Shown here: positions 1 to 8,724 of the stretch, piece by piece
Layout of the letters: every line of letters starts with the position of its first letter
How positions within the stretch are numbered: position 1 is the first letter of the stretch
NCBI GenBank assembly: GCA_026394395.1
Contig: JAPKYK010000005.1
Span: 65,500-129,499, forward strand
DNA from: Methanomassiliicoccales archaeon
GTDB lineage: Archaea; Thermoplasmatota; Thermoplasmata; Methanomassiliicoccales; UBA472
Direction: 5' to 3'
Length of the DNA: 64,000 nt
Position numbers and translations under genes: made by a program
Notes under the pieces: model-generated
Databases searched by the model: none
The model's input: only the letters and a program-made list of their open reading frames with translations
What the model was told of the DNA's origin: nothing

Positions 1-159
1 AGCGAGAGCAGTAGCGATGTTCACCGCCACGGTGCTCTTCCCTACGCCACCCTTGCCGGACATGACAATTATCTTATGCTTTATCTTGGCCAGGGATTTC
101 TTTAGTCGGTAGTCCTTTTCGTCCATGGTCTTGACTTCTATCTGGTCTGAATCTTCCAT
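1..159 (-). CDS. Mrp/NBP35-family ATPase (Fe-S cluster carrier type), N-terminal fragment; gene runs off the left edge
   Basis: My translation of the minus strand from the ATG at 159 gives [53 protein letters not shown]. The deviant Walker A motif GKGGVGKST is typical of the Mrp/ApbC/MinD class. Confidence 0.75.
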   Translation of the reverse strand, partial: MEDSDQIEVKTMDEKDYRLKKSLAKIKHKIIVMSGKGGVGKSTVAVNIATALA

Positions 160-170
160 TTTTATCGTCC

Positions 171-806
171 TCACATCTTGGTCCGGAAGTACTCCCGGAT
201 GATGTTGCGCTCCCCACGTTGCAGTATCTCGCCCATGGTGGAAGCGGTAACCCCGAAGCTGCTAGCCATTTCCTGTAAGGTTACATTCCGGGGATAATCG
301 TAATAGCCCCTCTCCAGGGCGCTTCGCACGGCCAGCTCCTGCCTCTTGGTCACGAAGCTGCTGTCGTCCACCTTCTTCTTGGAGAGGAGCTTGGTGGTGC
401 AGCCGGCGTCCGCCAGCTCTTTTATGAGCTGACCGAGGGCCTCCTCGCGGGTGGCGATGACACGCCATTCGACCAGCCCACCGCCCTTGGTCTTGGCGCT
501 GCGGAGGTAGCAGTCGGAGCGCAGGATGGCCTTGCAGGCCCGGCATTTGGTGAGCAGCGCCACGCCGCGGACCTTTCCGTCCTCGGTCACCGACGCCTCC
601 CACTTGCACACGTCCGGATGTTTCTCGATGGCCCGGGAGACTATCTGCTGCATCTCCGGGTCATCGCACTCCAGCTCCACGAAGGAACGGGCGCCCTTGT
701 CCCCGAAGGGTATGCAGTCAAGGATGCGGACCGGGACATCGAAGTTAGCCGATATATCATGGACCCATCCGTCAGGGATGTCCACTTCCAGCACCGCCTC
801 GATCAT
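171..806 (-). CDS. HTH_10 / bacterio-opsin-activator-like transcriptional regulator
   Basis: 211-aa ORF. The C-terminal [51 protein letters not shown] matches the Bat-type HTH. The N-terminal half carries a Cys-rich stretch ([12 protein letters not shown]). Confidence 0.65.
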   Translation of the reverse strand: MIEAVLEVDIPDGWVHDISANFDVPVRILDCIPFGDKGARSFVELECDDPEMQQIVSRAIEKHPDVCKWEASVTEDGKVRGVALLTKCRACKAILRSDCYLRSAKTKGGGLVEWRVIATREEALGQLIKELADAGCTTKLLSKKKVDDSSFVTKRQELAVRSALERGYYDYPRNVTLQEMASSFGVTASTMGEILQRGERNIIREYFRTKM

Positions 807-848
807 GTTCTAGCCTCGGACCGCCAAAAGCGCCAGGTATAGAAAAGG

Positions 849-1952
849 TTACGCTTCCGTCCTTCTGAACTCCCGACATATCCGCACGATACGGGCCCCC
901 GCCCCTTCCTCACCGAGGGGACACGGCCAGCCGCGTTCCGCGCCCATCATCCTACGGGTGCCTTCAAGTATCTTTTCGGGATCGCTGCCGACCACGATGT
1001 TGGCCCCTACCTGCACTGTTTCCGGCCGCTCGGTGTTGTCACGCAAGGTGACACAGGGAACCCCTAAGATGCAGCATTCTTCCTGCACCCCTCCCGAATC
1101 CGTCAAGGCCAGGGCGGCGCTGCCTTCCACCTGCAGGAACTCCAGAAAGCCCAGGGGGTTCACCTCCCGCACTCCGGGAGGGAGCTTGAGCGCGAAGGCC
1201 TGCAGGCTCTTTTTGGTGCGGGGGTGCATGGGCCAGACGATCTCCATATTCGTCTCCCGGGCCACCGCCCCCAGGCCTTTCAGGATGTTCTCCATGCGCA
1301 GGGCGGAATCCACGTTCTCCTGACGGTGCAGGGTGGTCAACATGAACCTGCCCCGGCCTAGTCCGAGGGCCTTAAGGGCGTCGTCCTTCTTCACGGCCAG
1401 CCTGAGGTTCTCGCGTACCGCGTCCACGATGGTGTTCCCGGTGATGTGGACCCTTTCCTCCGGAAGCCCCTCGGCCCTCAGGTTCTGGGCCGAGACGGCG
1501 GTGGGGGCGAAGAGCAAGGTGGACACGTGGTCGGTCATGACCCGATTGACCTCCTCGGGCATGGTGCGGTTGAATGAGCGCAGCCCGGCCTCCACATGGC
1601 CCACCGGGATGTCCAGCTTGACCGCGGCCAAGGCCCCGGCCAGGACAGTGTTGGTGTCTCCCTGGACCAGCACCATGTCCGGGCGATGTTCCAGGTAATG
1701 CTTCTCCAAGCCCATGAGCATCTTGCCGGTCTGCGCCCCATGGGCTCCGGACCCCACCTCGAGGTTAACGGTCGGCTCCGGCAGCTTCAGGTCGCGGAAG
1801 AAGACCCGGTCCATGTCGTAAGAATAATGCTGGCCGGTGTGCACCAGATCGAACTCGTCCCCGGTGCGCTGCAGCTCCCGGATAATGGGAGACATCTTTA
1901 CGATCTCCGGTCTGGTCCCCAGGACCACGCAGAACCTCATCGCTCCACGCAT
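849..1952 (-). CDS. wecB: UDP-N-acetylglucosamine 2-epimerase (non-hydrolysing)
   Basis: 367 aa. MRFCVVLGTRPEIVKMSPI, HTGQHYSYDM and DSGGVQEE are hallmark WecB/MnaA segments. The start may be the second ATG at 1940, which abuts the upstream stop. Confidence 0.85.
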   Translation of the reverse strand: MRGAMRFCVVLGTRPEIVKMSPIIRELQRTGDEFDLVHTGQHYSYDMDRVFFRDLKLPEPTVNLEVGSGAHGAQTGKMLMGLEKHYLEHRPDMVLVQGDTNTVLAGALAAVKLDIPVGHVEAGLRSFNRTMPEEVNRVMTDHVSTLLFAPTAVSAQNLRAEGLPEERVHITGNTIVDAVRENLRLAVKKDDALKALGLGRGRFMLTTLHRQENVDSALRMENILKGLGAVARETNMEIVWPMHPRTKKSLQAFALKLPPGVREVNPLGFLEFLQVEGSAALALTDSGGVQEECCILGVPCVTLRDNTERPETVQVGANIVVGSDPEKILEGTRRMMGAERGWPCPLGEEGAGARIVRICREFRRTEA

Positions 1953-2746
1953 CTCCGGAACTCCTCAGTCTTCCTTATTATGCGCTCCCCGGTCTCCCGG
2001 GGGAACAGCGCCAGCACCTCCGCCTTTCTCTCCAGGATGTCCCGGCAGATGATGAAATCGTGGCTCAGCAAGGTCCGCTGCTCTCCCCTCTTGATGTCCA
2101 GTATGGTTATGGGATAGATCATGATCCCCTCCACCAGCTTCTCCAACCCCTTGGTCTCAGAGCACTTCCAACAGATCGTCCTCATGCCCACGCACTTGGC
2201 GTAGCAGACTACCTCGCTAGAGAACTTGGTGTTGGTCACCAACCAGGGGACGGTGATGCCATTGACATCCTTGAGGTCCTGGAAACGCCCCCATGTGTAC
2301 AAGGCATCCTGTATTGTGGACTTGGTGCCCAAGGTGTTATGGAACTTGCACTCCACCATGCCCTTGACCCCGTCCTTGTAGATGACCAGGTCCACCTCGT
2401 GGGTGACGCAGCGTCCCTTCAGTATCTGGCGCACCTCAACCGTGTATCCTAGCTCGCGGAACACCCGGGCCACGAAGGTCTCGAAGGGGTGACCGTCCGG
2501 TCCCAGGAGCATGATGGCCTTCTTAAGGGAGAACCGTGTCGCCTGGCATGGGGGGAGCTGCGCCCTGATCTTACGGTACAGCTCCTCGGTGGTAATGCCG
2601 TCATACAAATGGGGCTGGATGGATTCCAGGATCTTCTCCGCCTCCGCCTGCGAGGTGCCGACGCGGAGGATGGCGTTGATGGCCTTACGGGAATCGAACT
2701 CCTCGACCTTCCCGGACCTTTTGACCACGTGCATGGCTAAGGTCAT
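1937..2746 (-). CDS. ATP-cone domain fused to a PD-(D/E)xK (Mrr-like) endonuclease domain
   Basis: The N-terminus VVKRSGKVEEFDSRKAINAILRV...TTEELYRKI looks like an ATP-cone. The C-terminal FETFVARVFRELGYTVE...HEVDLVIYKDGVKGMVECKFH carries a D...E-x-K nuclease core. Confidence 0.7.
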   Translation of the reverse strand: MTLAMHVVKRSGKVEEFDSRKAINAILRVGTSQAEAEKILESIQPHLYDGITTEELYRKIRAQLPPCQATRFSLKKAIMLLGPDGHPFETFVARVFRELGYTVEVRQILKGRCVTHEVDLVIYKDGVKGMVECKFHNTLGTKSTIQDALYTWGRFQDLKDVNGITVPWLVTNTKFSSEVVCYAKCVGMRTICWKCSETKGLEKLVEGIMIYPITILDIKRGEQRTLLSHDFIICRDILERKAEVLALFPRETGERIIRKTEEFRRCVER

Positions 2747-2771
2747 GGTGCTTAGCGATTAATCAACCTTC

Positions 2772-3245
2772 CTAATCGAAGGAAAGCGCCTCGTCCTCGG
2801 CCATGAGCGGTTCGATGATCTTGAAGCCCTGCTCTCGGACGGCAAGCTCGGTCGGAGGCAGGAGGTCCCGACGGAACTCCTCGGTCACCCCGTTCTTCCA
2901 GGTTATAGAGATATGCATGATGCTGTTCTTCATGTCCAGCACCAACTCCTTCATCACCGAGGTGTAGACCGCCGCCCGCCCCCGGCCGGTGGTGCGGCCC
3001 GAGCCGCAGCAGGCGATGAGCCCCAGGCTCTCCATCTGATAGACTATCTTGTAGCAGGTGGCCGCCGGCAGGTTCACCACCGGGACCATCTCCGACACCA
3101 TGAGGCAGCGCTTGGAGGTCGCCCCCAGGATGTAAAGGACGACCGGATCGATCATGAAGGTGGCGATCTCCTTGCGGTCCACCCTCCTCATCCGGTCCAA
3201 GGCGTCGTACACCGCCGCCTCGATCTCTAACGAACTCTTACCCAC
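2772..3245 (-). CDS. winged-helix (ArsR/MarR-like) DNA-binding protein with GLIxCC motif
   Basis: 157 aa. LPAATCYKIVYQMESLGLIACCGSGRTTGRGRAAVYTSV resembles a wHTH recognition helix plus wing. It is paralogous to 17265..17630. Confidence 0.5.
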   Translation of the reverse strand: MGKSSLEIEAAVYDALDRMRRVDRKEIATFMIDPVVLYILGATSKRCLMVSEMVPVVNLPAATCYKIVYQMESLGLIACCGSGRTTGRGRAAVYTSVMKELVLDMKNSIMHISITWKNGVTEEFRRDLLPPTELAVREQGFKIIEPLMAEDEALSFD

Positions 3246-3358
3246 TTCTTACTCCCCGGGGGCAAATGGCCATGAAGTATGTTAATACTTTTACCAGATG
3301 GCCCGATATCAGTTCAATCGTTAATAAAAAGTAATGACAGGAAAGTGTTTTTTTTGGA

Positions 3359-4576
3359 TCACATGCCCCGGACGTTGGTCTCCTGCAGCGTCTTGTCGAT
3401 CTCCGCCTTCAGGTGCTCCGGTATGCCCCTTATACCCACGTCCAGGAAGCCGCGGACGATCATGCCCACCGCCTCCTCCTCGCTCAATCCCCGGGACATG
3501 AGGTACTCCACCTGGTCCTGGGCGATCTTGCCGACCGCGGCCTCATGGGTCATCTCCACGTCCGGGACCCGGGCCTCCAGCTCGGGTATGGCGATCTGTA
3601 CTCCCTTGTCGTTGAGGATCAGGCCCTTGCACTCCAGGTGGGCCTTGATGCCCGGGGCGTTCCCTATCAACTGCCCGCGGGCGATGACCGTGCCGCCGGT
3701 CGTTATGGTGCGGGAGATGAGCTCGGCCTTGCACCCGGAGGCGTTCAGTATGGCCCTCGAGCCCAGGTCCAAGGTGCTGCCCGGATGAGCCACTCCGACG
3801 GAGTTGAAACGGCAGACACCGTTCTTCCCGTTCATGTTGGCCGTCGGGTACATCTGGATTGATTTAACTGGTTTGAGCGCTACATAGTTGTTGATATACG
3901 TCGCCCCTTCGTCCATTTGTACGATGGTGCGCGGGCGCACGCCGACGAACTCCGACCAGTTGTGGATCATGGTGAACGTCAGCTTGCAGTTCTTCTTCAG
4001 GAAGAACTCGGAGATGCCCATATGGAGCCCTTTTTCCACGGCTTTGGAGGTGGCGCAGCCGGTGATGACCTCGAACTCCGACCCTTCCTCAGCGATGATT
4101 ATATTGTGCACGTACTGTTTCGTATTGCGGTTTTTGAGCAGGAGGCAGGTCTGCACTGGCAGCTGGACCTTGGAACCCGGAAGCGCCCGGATGAAGTACC
4201 CATCAGCGTTCGCCAGGTACGTCTCCGCGGTGTATTTGTCGGTGTCCGGCGGCACGGCCTTCCATATGTAGTCCTTGAGCCAATCGTGCACCTTCAGGGC
4301 CTGGGACAGGGGCATCAGCTCTACGCCCGCTCCCATGGTGGTCGAGTGGACCACGGTGTTGTCCATCAGCAGAAAGTTGCCAGAGCGGCCTTGCTTCGTG
4401 GGCACGATACCGGTGTCCAACATGGTCTGCTTGATATCCTTGGAGAGGTCCTCGAACGAATCCGACGTGGCCAGGTCCTTGCTGCCTTCCTCGTACTCCT
4501 CCAGGTTGATATCCTCACCGAACTTCGCCGCTTTATGAAGGGCTTCCTTGGCCCTCTTCTCTTGGTCAGTGGTCAT
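3359..4576 (-). CDS. sufB: SufB/SufD-family Fe-S cluster assembly scaffold
   Basis: 405 aa. The beta-helix core is SufB-like (...IIAEEGSEFEVITGCAT..., ...THEAAVGKIAQDQVEYLMSRGLSEEEAVGMIVRGF). It lies directly downstream of sufC. Confidence 0.85.
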   Translation of the reverse strand: MTTDQEKRAKEALHKAAKFGEDINLEEYEEGSKDLATSDSFEDLSKDIKQTMLDTGIVPTKQGRSGNFLLMDNTVVHSTTMGAGVELMPLSQALKVHDWLKDYIWKAVPPDTDKYTAETYLANADGYFIRALPGSKVQLPVQTCLLLKNRNTKQYVHNIIIAEEGSEFEVITGCATSKAVEKGLHMGISEFFLKKNCKLTFTMIHNWSEFVGVRPRTIVQMDEGATYINNYVALKPVKSIQMYPTANMNGKNGVCRFNSVGVAHPGSTLDLGSRAILNASGCKAELISRTITTGGTVIARGQLIGNAPGIKAHLECKGLILNDKGVQIAIPELEARVPDVEMTHEAAVGKIAQDQVEYLMSRGLSEEEAVGMIVRGFLDVGIRGIPEHLKAEIDKTLQETNVRGM

Positions 4577-4585
4577 AGGAATCCC

Positions 4586-5350
4586 TCAGAGGTTCTCCGT
4601 GACATTGGGCCGCTTGAGCTTGCAGCGGATGCATTCGTTATATCCCATCTTGCGGATCTCCGCCAACAGCTCGCGGGGATTGCCGGAACAGGCCACCGTA
4701 CCGTCGCACATGACGTAGCCGCGGTCCGCCTCCACGTAGTCCAATATCTGACCAGTGTGGGTAATTATCAACGCCGCCTTGCCGCTCTTCTCCCGCCATC
4801 CGGCGCAGTGCGACGGTCCTAGCAACAGATCGTGCACCTTGGCCCCCAGCTTCTCTATGGAGACCATGTCCACTCCGCTCTCCGGCTCGTCCAACAGGAT
4901 GAGGCAGGGGCTCTGGGTCGTAAGCTGCAATATCTCGGAGCGCTTGATCTCCCCGCCGGAGAAGCCCACGTTCACGTCCCTCTCCAGGAACCTGGTCATG
5001 TCCAGCTCCTCCGCCAGGACGTTCGAGTCCAGGTTACCTTTGTTGGTGACCTTTATCAGGTCCTTCAGTCTGACCCCGGTAAGGTTAGGAGGGCGCTGCA
5101 TCATCATGCCGATGCCGCGCTTGGCCCTCTCGTTCACCGGCAAATGGGTGATGTCTTCGCCGTTGAGCAAGATGCTCCCGCTCTTTACCTTGTAACCGGA
5201 AAAGCCCATGATGGTCATGAGCAAGGTGGACTTGCCTGAGCCGTTGGGGCCGAAGAGTACGGTCGTGTAACCGGTCATGACGTTCAGCGAAAGGTCATGT
5301 AAGATCTCCTTTCCGCCAACCTCCACGGTCAGGTTCTTTATCTCCAGCAT
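4586..5350 (-). CDS. sufC: SufC ABC-type ATPase
   Basis: MLEIKNLTVEVGGKEILHDLSLNV, Walker A GPNGSGKST, signature FSGGEIKR and Walker B LILLDEPESGVD. The ORF track extends to 5365; I prefer the ATG at 5350. Confidence 0.9.
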   Translation of the reverse strand: MLEIKNLTVEVGGKEILHDLSLNVMTGYTTVLFGPNGSGKSTLLMTIMGFSGYKVKSGSILLNGEDITHLPVNERAKRGIGMMMQRPPNLTGVRLKDLIKVTNKGNLDSNVLAEELDMTRFLERDVNVGFSGGEIKRSEILQLTTQSPCLILLDEPESGVDMVSIEKLGAKVHDLLLGPSHCAGWREKSGKAALIITHTGQILDYVEADRGYVMCDGTVACSGNPRELLAEIRKMGYNECIRCKLKRPNVTENL

Positions 5351-5401
5351 GTGATCAACCTGCATAGCGATTGTTACTATCCCATATTAATGGTTGCCGA
5401 A

Positions 5402-5827
5402 TCATCGGCGGTAACGGTCGGGGTGTTCCATCACCGTCAGCTCGTTGCCGTCCTCGTCCAGGAAGACCGCCAACAGTCCGCCCCACTCCTGCTTCGTGGG
5501 CTTGAGCTTGAACTCCACGCCTTGATCCACCAGCTCCCGGTGCAGATCGTACATGCTGTCACAGGAGAAGACCACTCCGGTGGGGCCTCCTGGCTGGCGT
5601 TTCTCCTCCTTCCCCGGGACGTACAAGGCGACCTTCCCCAACGGTTCGGACGGGCCCAGCTCGGCCCAGTTCCCGTCCCGGCGACGCAGTTCCAGACCCA
5701 GGGCTTCCATGTAAAAGTCCAGCGCGGCGTCCATGTCCGAGACCGGGACGGCCGCCATCCATACCTTGGTCAGCCGGCCCTTCTGATGCAATGGCTCATT
5801 GTCGCCCATGGGGTCGCCGATAGGCAT
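5402..5827 (-). CDS. VOC/glyoxalase-family protein
   Basis: VWMAAVPVSDMDAALDFYMEALGLEL...GVVFSCDSMYDLHRELVDQGVEFKLKPTKQEWGGLLAVFLDEDGNELTVME has the VOC fold pattern. The ORF runs to 5974 but would then overlap hemD, so an internal ATG (5827 or 5809) is more likely. Confidence 0.65.
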   Translation of the reverse strand: MPIGDPMGDNEPLHQKGRLTKVWMAAVPVSDMDAALDFYMEALGLELRRRDGNWAELGPSEPLGKVALYVPGKEEKRQPGGPTGVVFSCDSMYDLHRELVDQGVEFKLKPTKQEWGGLLAVFLDEDGNELTVMEHPDRYRR

Positions 5828-5911
5828 GCCCGTTCCATCGTGGCCTGAATATTTAATCGTAACCGCGGAGGACCGGGAAACTAGATAATCCAAGTTACGC
5901 ATTGCCGCGCC

Positions 5912-6697
5912 ATGAGGAAGCTTGCGGCGATCATCGGCCCACCGGAGGTCTGGGCGCCCCTGTGCCGGGAGCACTGCCGACTGGCGGAGTTCGTCTGCGT
6001 GTCGCCGCTGCGCGCCGCCCCCAAGGACGACGTTGATTTCTCATTGTTCATGGTGGACCTGTTCTCCGGCCGGTACGACGTGCTGGTGACCACATGCCAG
6101 ACCGCGGTCGAGGCCATGGTGGGCATGGCCCGCGGCCGCAAGATGCTGGACCGGTTCAGGGAGGCGGTGAACCGCAGCGAGCTCATAACCATCGGCGAGA
6201 AGACCACCTTATGCGCCACGCACCACGGCCTCAAGGTCTCCTCCGAGGCTCCAGAGGCCACCACCGAGGCCCTGATCGAGCACGTGAACGTAAAGGCGCG
6301 CCGGGTGACGCTGGCGTTGTTGCGTTCGGACCATGGCTCGCCGCAGATGATCAAAGGGCTCGAGGCGGCCGGCTGGAAGGTGGAGGAGGTGCAGGTCTAC
6401 TCCCTGATCCTGGACGAGTCGGAGGAGATGCAGGCGCTCCTGGACCGGCTGGAGGATGGGGAGGTGGACGTGATAGTGTTCCCCACGCCCGCTCACGTAG
6501 AAGCCTTCCTCCTGCAGCTTCACGAACGCTGCGGACCCGATGACGTGGCCAAGCTGTTGGAAGGGATGACCGTGGCCGCCATGGGAAGAGAGACCAAGAA
6601 GAAGCTGGAGGAGCACGGGATCCTCGTTAAGATAGTCCCGGAGAAGTCCAGCTCCGCCGCTCTGCTCCGATCGGTGGTCATGGAGCTGGAAGGATGA
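5912..6697 (+). CDS. hemD: uroporphyrinogen-III synthase
   Basis: 261 aa with a two-lobed HemD-like pattern: YDVLVTTCQTAVEAMV, ITIGEKTTLCATHHGLKV, VDVIVFPTPAHVEAF, VAAMGRETKKKLEEHGI. Confidence 0.7.
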   Translation: MRKLAAIIGPPEVWAPLCREHCRLAEFVCVSPLRAAPKDDVDFSLFMVDLFSGRYDVLVTTCQTAVEAMVGMARGRKMLDRFREAVNRSELITIGEKTTLCATHHGLKVSSEAPEATTEALIEHVNVKARRVTLALLRSDHGSPQMIKGLEAAGWKVEEVQVYSLILDESEEMQALLDRLEDGEVDVIVFPTPAHVEAFLLQLHERCGPDDVAKLLEGMTVAAMGRETKKKLEEHGILVKIVPEKSSSAALLRSVVMELEG

Positions 6698-6769
6698 GCG
6701 AACGCCTCCAACGTTCCATCCGCAGACAAGGTTTAGATGGAGGACGGGCATAAAGGGAGGAGGCGCAAA

Positions 6770-7345
6770 ATGAAGGTCATCGCGTTCAACGGCAGTCCCC
6801 GGGTCAACGGCAACACCCACCAGGCATTGGAACTGGTGCTGGCGGAACTGCGCAAGGAAGGCCTAGAGACCGAGCTCGTGGACATCTGCCGAGAAGAGCT
6901 CAAGCCCTGCCGGGCCTGCGGGACCTGCGGTCGTAACAAGAACGAAAGGTGCGTGATGGAGGACGACCGCCTCAACGAATATATCCAGAAGATCAAGGCG
7001 GCGGACGGTGTGCTCATCGGCTCCCCGGTCTACTTCGGCAGCATGACCTCACAGACCAAGGCCTTGGTGGAGCGCCTCGGCTACGTAGCTAGGGCCAACG
7101 GCGATATGTTCCGGAGGAAGGTCGGGGCGGCCATCGCCATCAACCGCCGCGCCGGAGCCTTGGACACCTTCGACCAGATCAACAAGCTATTCCTCATCAG
7201 CCAGATGATCGTCCCGGGCAGCAGCTACTGGAACGTAGGCGTGGCTCTCAAGCCCGGGGATATCGTTCAGGACGAGGAAGGCGTGCGCACGCTCCAGGTC
7301 CTGGGGCAGAACATGGCCTGGTTGCTGAAGAAGCTGGGAAAATGA
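6770..7345 (+). CDS. iron-sulfur flavoprotein / NADPH-dependent FMN reductase family
   Basis: MKVIAFNGSPRVNGNTHQAL..., compact Cys motif CRACGTCGRNKNERC, and GSPVYFGSMTSQTKALVERL. An SD-like GGGAGGAGG lies 7 nt upstream of the ATG at 6770. Confidence 0.8.
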   Translation: MKVIAFNGSPRVNGNTHQALELVLAELRKEGLETELVDICREELKPCRACGTCGRNKNERCVMEDDRLNEYIQKIKAADGVLIGSPVYFGSMTSQTKALVERLGYVARANGDMFRRKVGAAIAINRRAGALDTFDQINKLFLISQMIVPGSSYWNVGVALKPGDIVQDEEGVRTLQVLGQNMAWLLKKLGK

Positions 7346-7860
7346 GCTCGAACGGCCTGGTGCACGTCTACACCGGCGATGGCAAGGGCAAGACCACCGC
7401 CGCCCTCGGTCTTTGCCTCCGGGCCATCGGCCATGGGCGCACCGCCCTGGTGGTGCAGTTCATGAAGACCGCAGGCACGTACGGCGAGAACTTCCTCAGC
7501 CTGCCTGGACTGACCGTAATCCCTTCAGGCCGGGATTGCCTGGTCTTTTCCAAGGAGGTCACCCAGGAGGACCGTGACAAGGCGGTGGAAGGCCTGTCGC
7601 TCGCCCGAGCGGCGATGGTCGACGGCCGTCATGACGTGGTCGTGCTGGATGAGGTGAACGTGGCCATCAAGTTCGGTCTGCTGGACGCTGACGCCGTAGC
7701 GGAGGCGGTGCGGGCCCGCGCTTCTAATGTGGAGGTTGTGCTCACCGGCCGCTGCGCCCCGGCGGAACTTCTGGACCTGGCCGATTACGTCACGGAGATG
7801 AGGTCCCTCAGGCATCCCTACGAGAGAGGGGTGCTGTCCAGGAAGGGAGTGGACCGTTGA
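7342..7860 (+). CDS. cobO: cob(I)yrinic acid a,c-diamide / cob(I)alamin adenosyltransferase (CobA/CobO/BtuR type)
   Basis: GLVHVYTGDGKGKTTAALGLCLRAIGHGRTALVVQFMK and VVLDEVNVAIKFGLL. The ATG overlaps the stop of the flavoprotein gene (ATGA). Confidence 0.85.
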   Translation: MSSNGLVHVYTGDGKGKTTAALGLCLRAIGHGRTALVVQFMKTAGTYGENFLSLPGLTVIPSGRDCLVFSKEVTQEDRDKAVEGLSLARAAMVDGRHDVVVLDEVNVAIKFGLLDADAVAEAVRARASNVEVVLTGRCAPAELLDLADYVTEMRSLRHPYERGVLSRKGVDR

Positions 7861-7946
7861 TGCGCAGACATGCCGCCCGACCCAATGCCTGCCGGGGGGC
7901 GAGGACAATTCTTATTTAGTTCCTGCACCAAGAAAATAACGAGATC

Positions 7947-8105
7947 ATGGTCGAGGTCGATCAAGGGAAGCACAAGGGCAAGTGCACCGTCTGCGATTCT
8001 TACGGGCTCAAAGGCACTTGGACCTGCGAGTGCGATGCCGTCAACATCTCACGCGACGCGAAATGCTGGAAATGCGGGAGGCTGCGCCTCCCGGAAAAGG
8101 ATTAG
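7947..8105 (+). CDS. small zinc-finger protein (52 aa)
   Basis: My translation is MVEVDQGKHKGKCTVCDSYGLKGTWTCECDAVNISRDAKCWKCGRLRLPEKD. It has CxxC plus W-x-C-x-C-x3-N-x6-C-x2-C. It falls below the ORF-track size cut-off. Confidence 0.35.
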   Translation: MVEVDQGKHKGKCTVCDSYGLKGTWTCECDAVNISRDAKCWKCGRLRLPEKD

Positions 8106-8107
8106 GA

Positions 8108-8374
8108 TCAGAACTTCTCGGCCAGCTCCTTCATGTCCAGGCGCAGTTGTATCACGTCGCCTACCACTCCGATGAGGTCGGTGGACACCTTGATGATGAC
8201 CGGCTTGAAGAGCTTCTTCTTGATGCCCAGCTCCTTGGCCTGCTCCTTGGGAACGTCTACCAAGATGTTGACCACGGTCCACTTGACCGTGTCGACGGTG
8301 CTGCCTGCCAAAAAGCCAAGCTCGCGTCCTTCCTTGCTGATGATCCTCTTCCTATCCTCGCTGGACAGTTCCAT
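8108..8374 (-). CDS. hypothetical protein (88 aa)
   Basis: The ORF has ordinary, non-GC-biased amino-acid composition. I recognise no family. Confidence 0.45.
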   Translation of the reverse strand: MELSSEDRKRIISKEGRELGFLAGSTVDTVKWTVVNILVDVPKEQAKELGIKKKLFKPVIIKVSTDLIGVVGDVIQLRLDMKELAEKF

Positions 8375-8422
8375 TTTGCATAACCCCGAACAGCATGGTC
8401 CAGGGCGGAGATAAGCGTTTGC

Positions 8423-8626
8423 TCATTTGATGAGGATCATGAGCAGGGCGACGATCAGGAAGGCCAGCCCGGCCAGGGGCCAAGAACCGGTGAGCAGCAG
8501 AACGATGACCGCCACGATGGTGGCCGGTAGGAACATTATCAGGCTCCCGACCACCAGTATGATGATGAATATGCCTATCCCCAGAAAGAGGAGGAACAGC
8601 AGCAGAGCGATAAGACCCAATACCAT
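8423..8626 (-). CDS. small hydrophobic membrane protein (67 aa, ~2 TM)
   Basis: The sequence is almost entirely hydrophobic: MVLGLIALLLFLLFLGIGIFIIILVVGSLIMFLPATIVAVIVLLLTG... Confidence 0.4.
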   Translation of the reverse strand: MVLGLIALLLFLLFLGIGIFIIILVVGSLIMFLPATIVAVIVLLLTGSWPLAGLAFLIVALLMILIK

Positions 8627-8724
8627 CGGAATGTAAGTGAGCGCACTGCGCTAAGTCCTTTTCTGTCGTACCCCTGGAACGACGCAGAAGGATTTAATGG
8701 CGTGATTGTGAATTAGCTCCTTCG

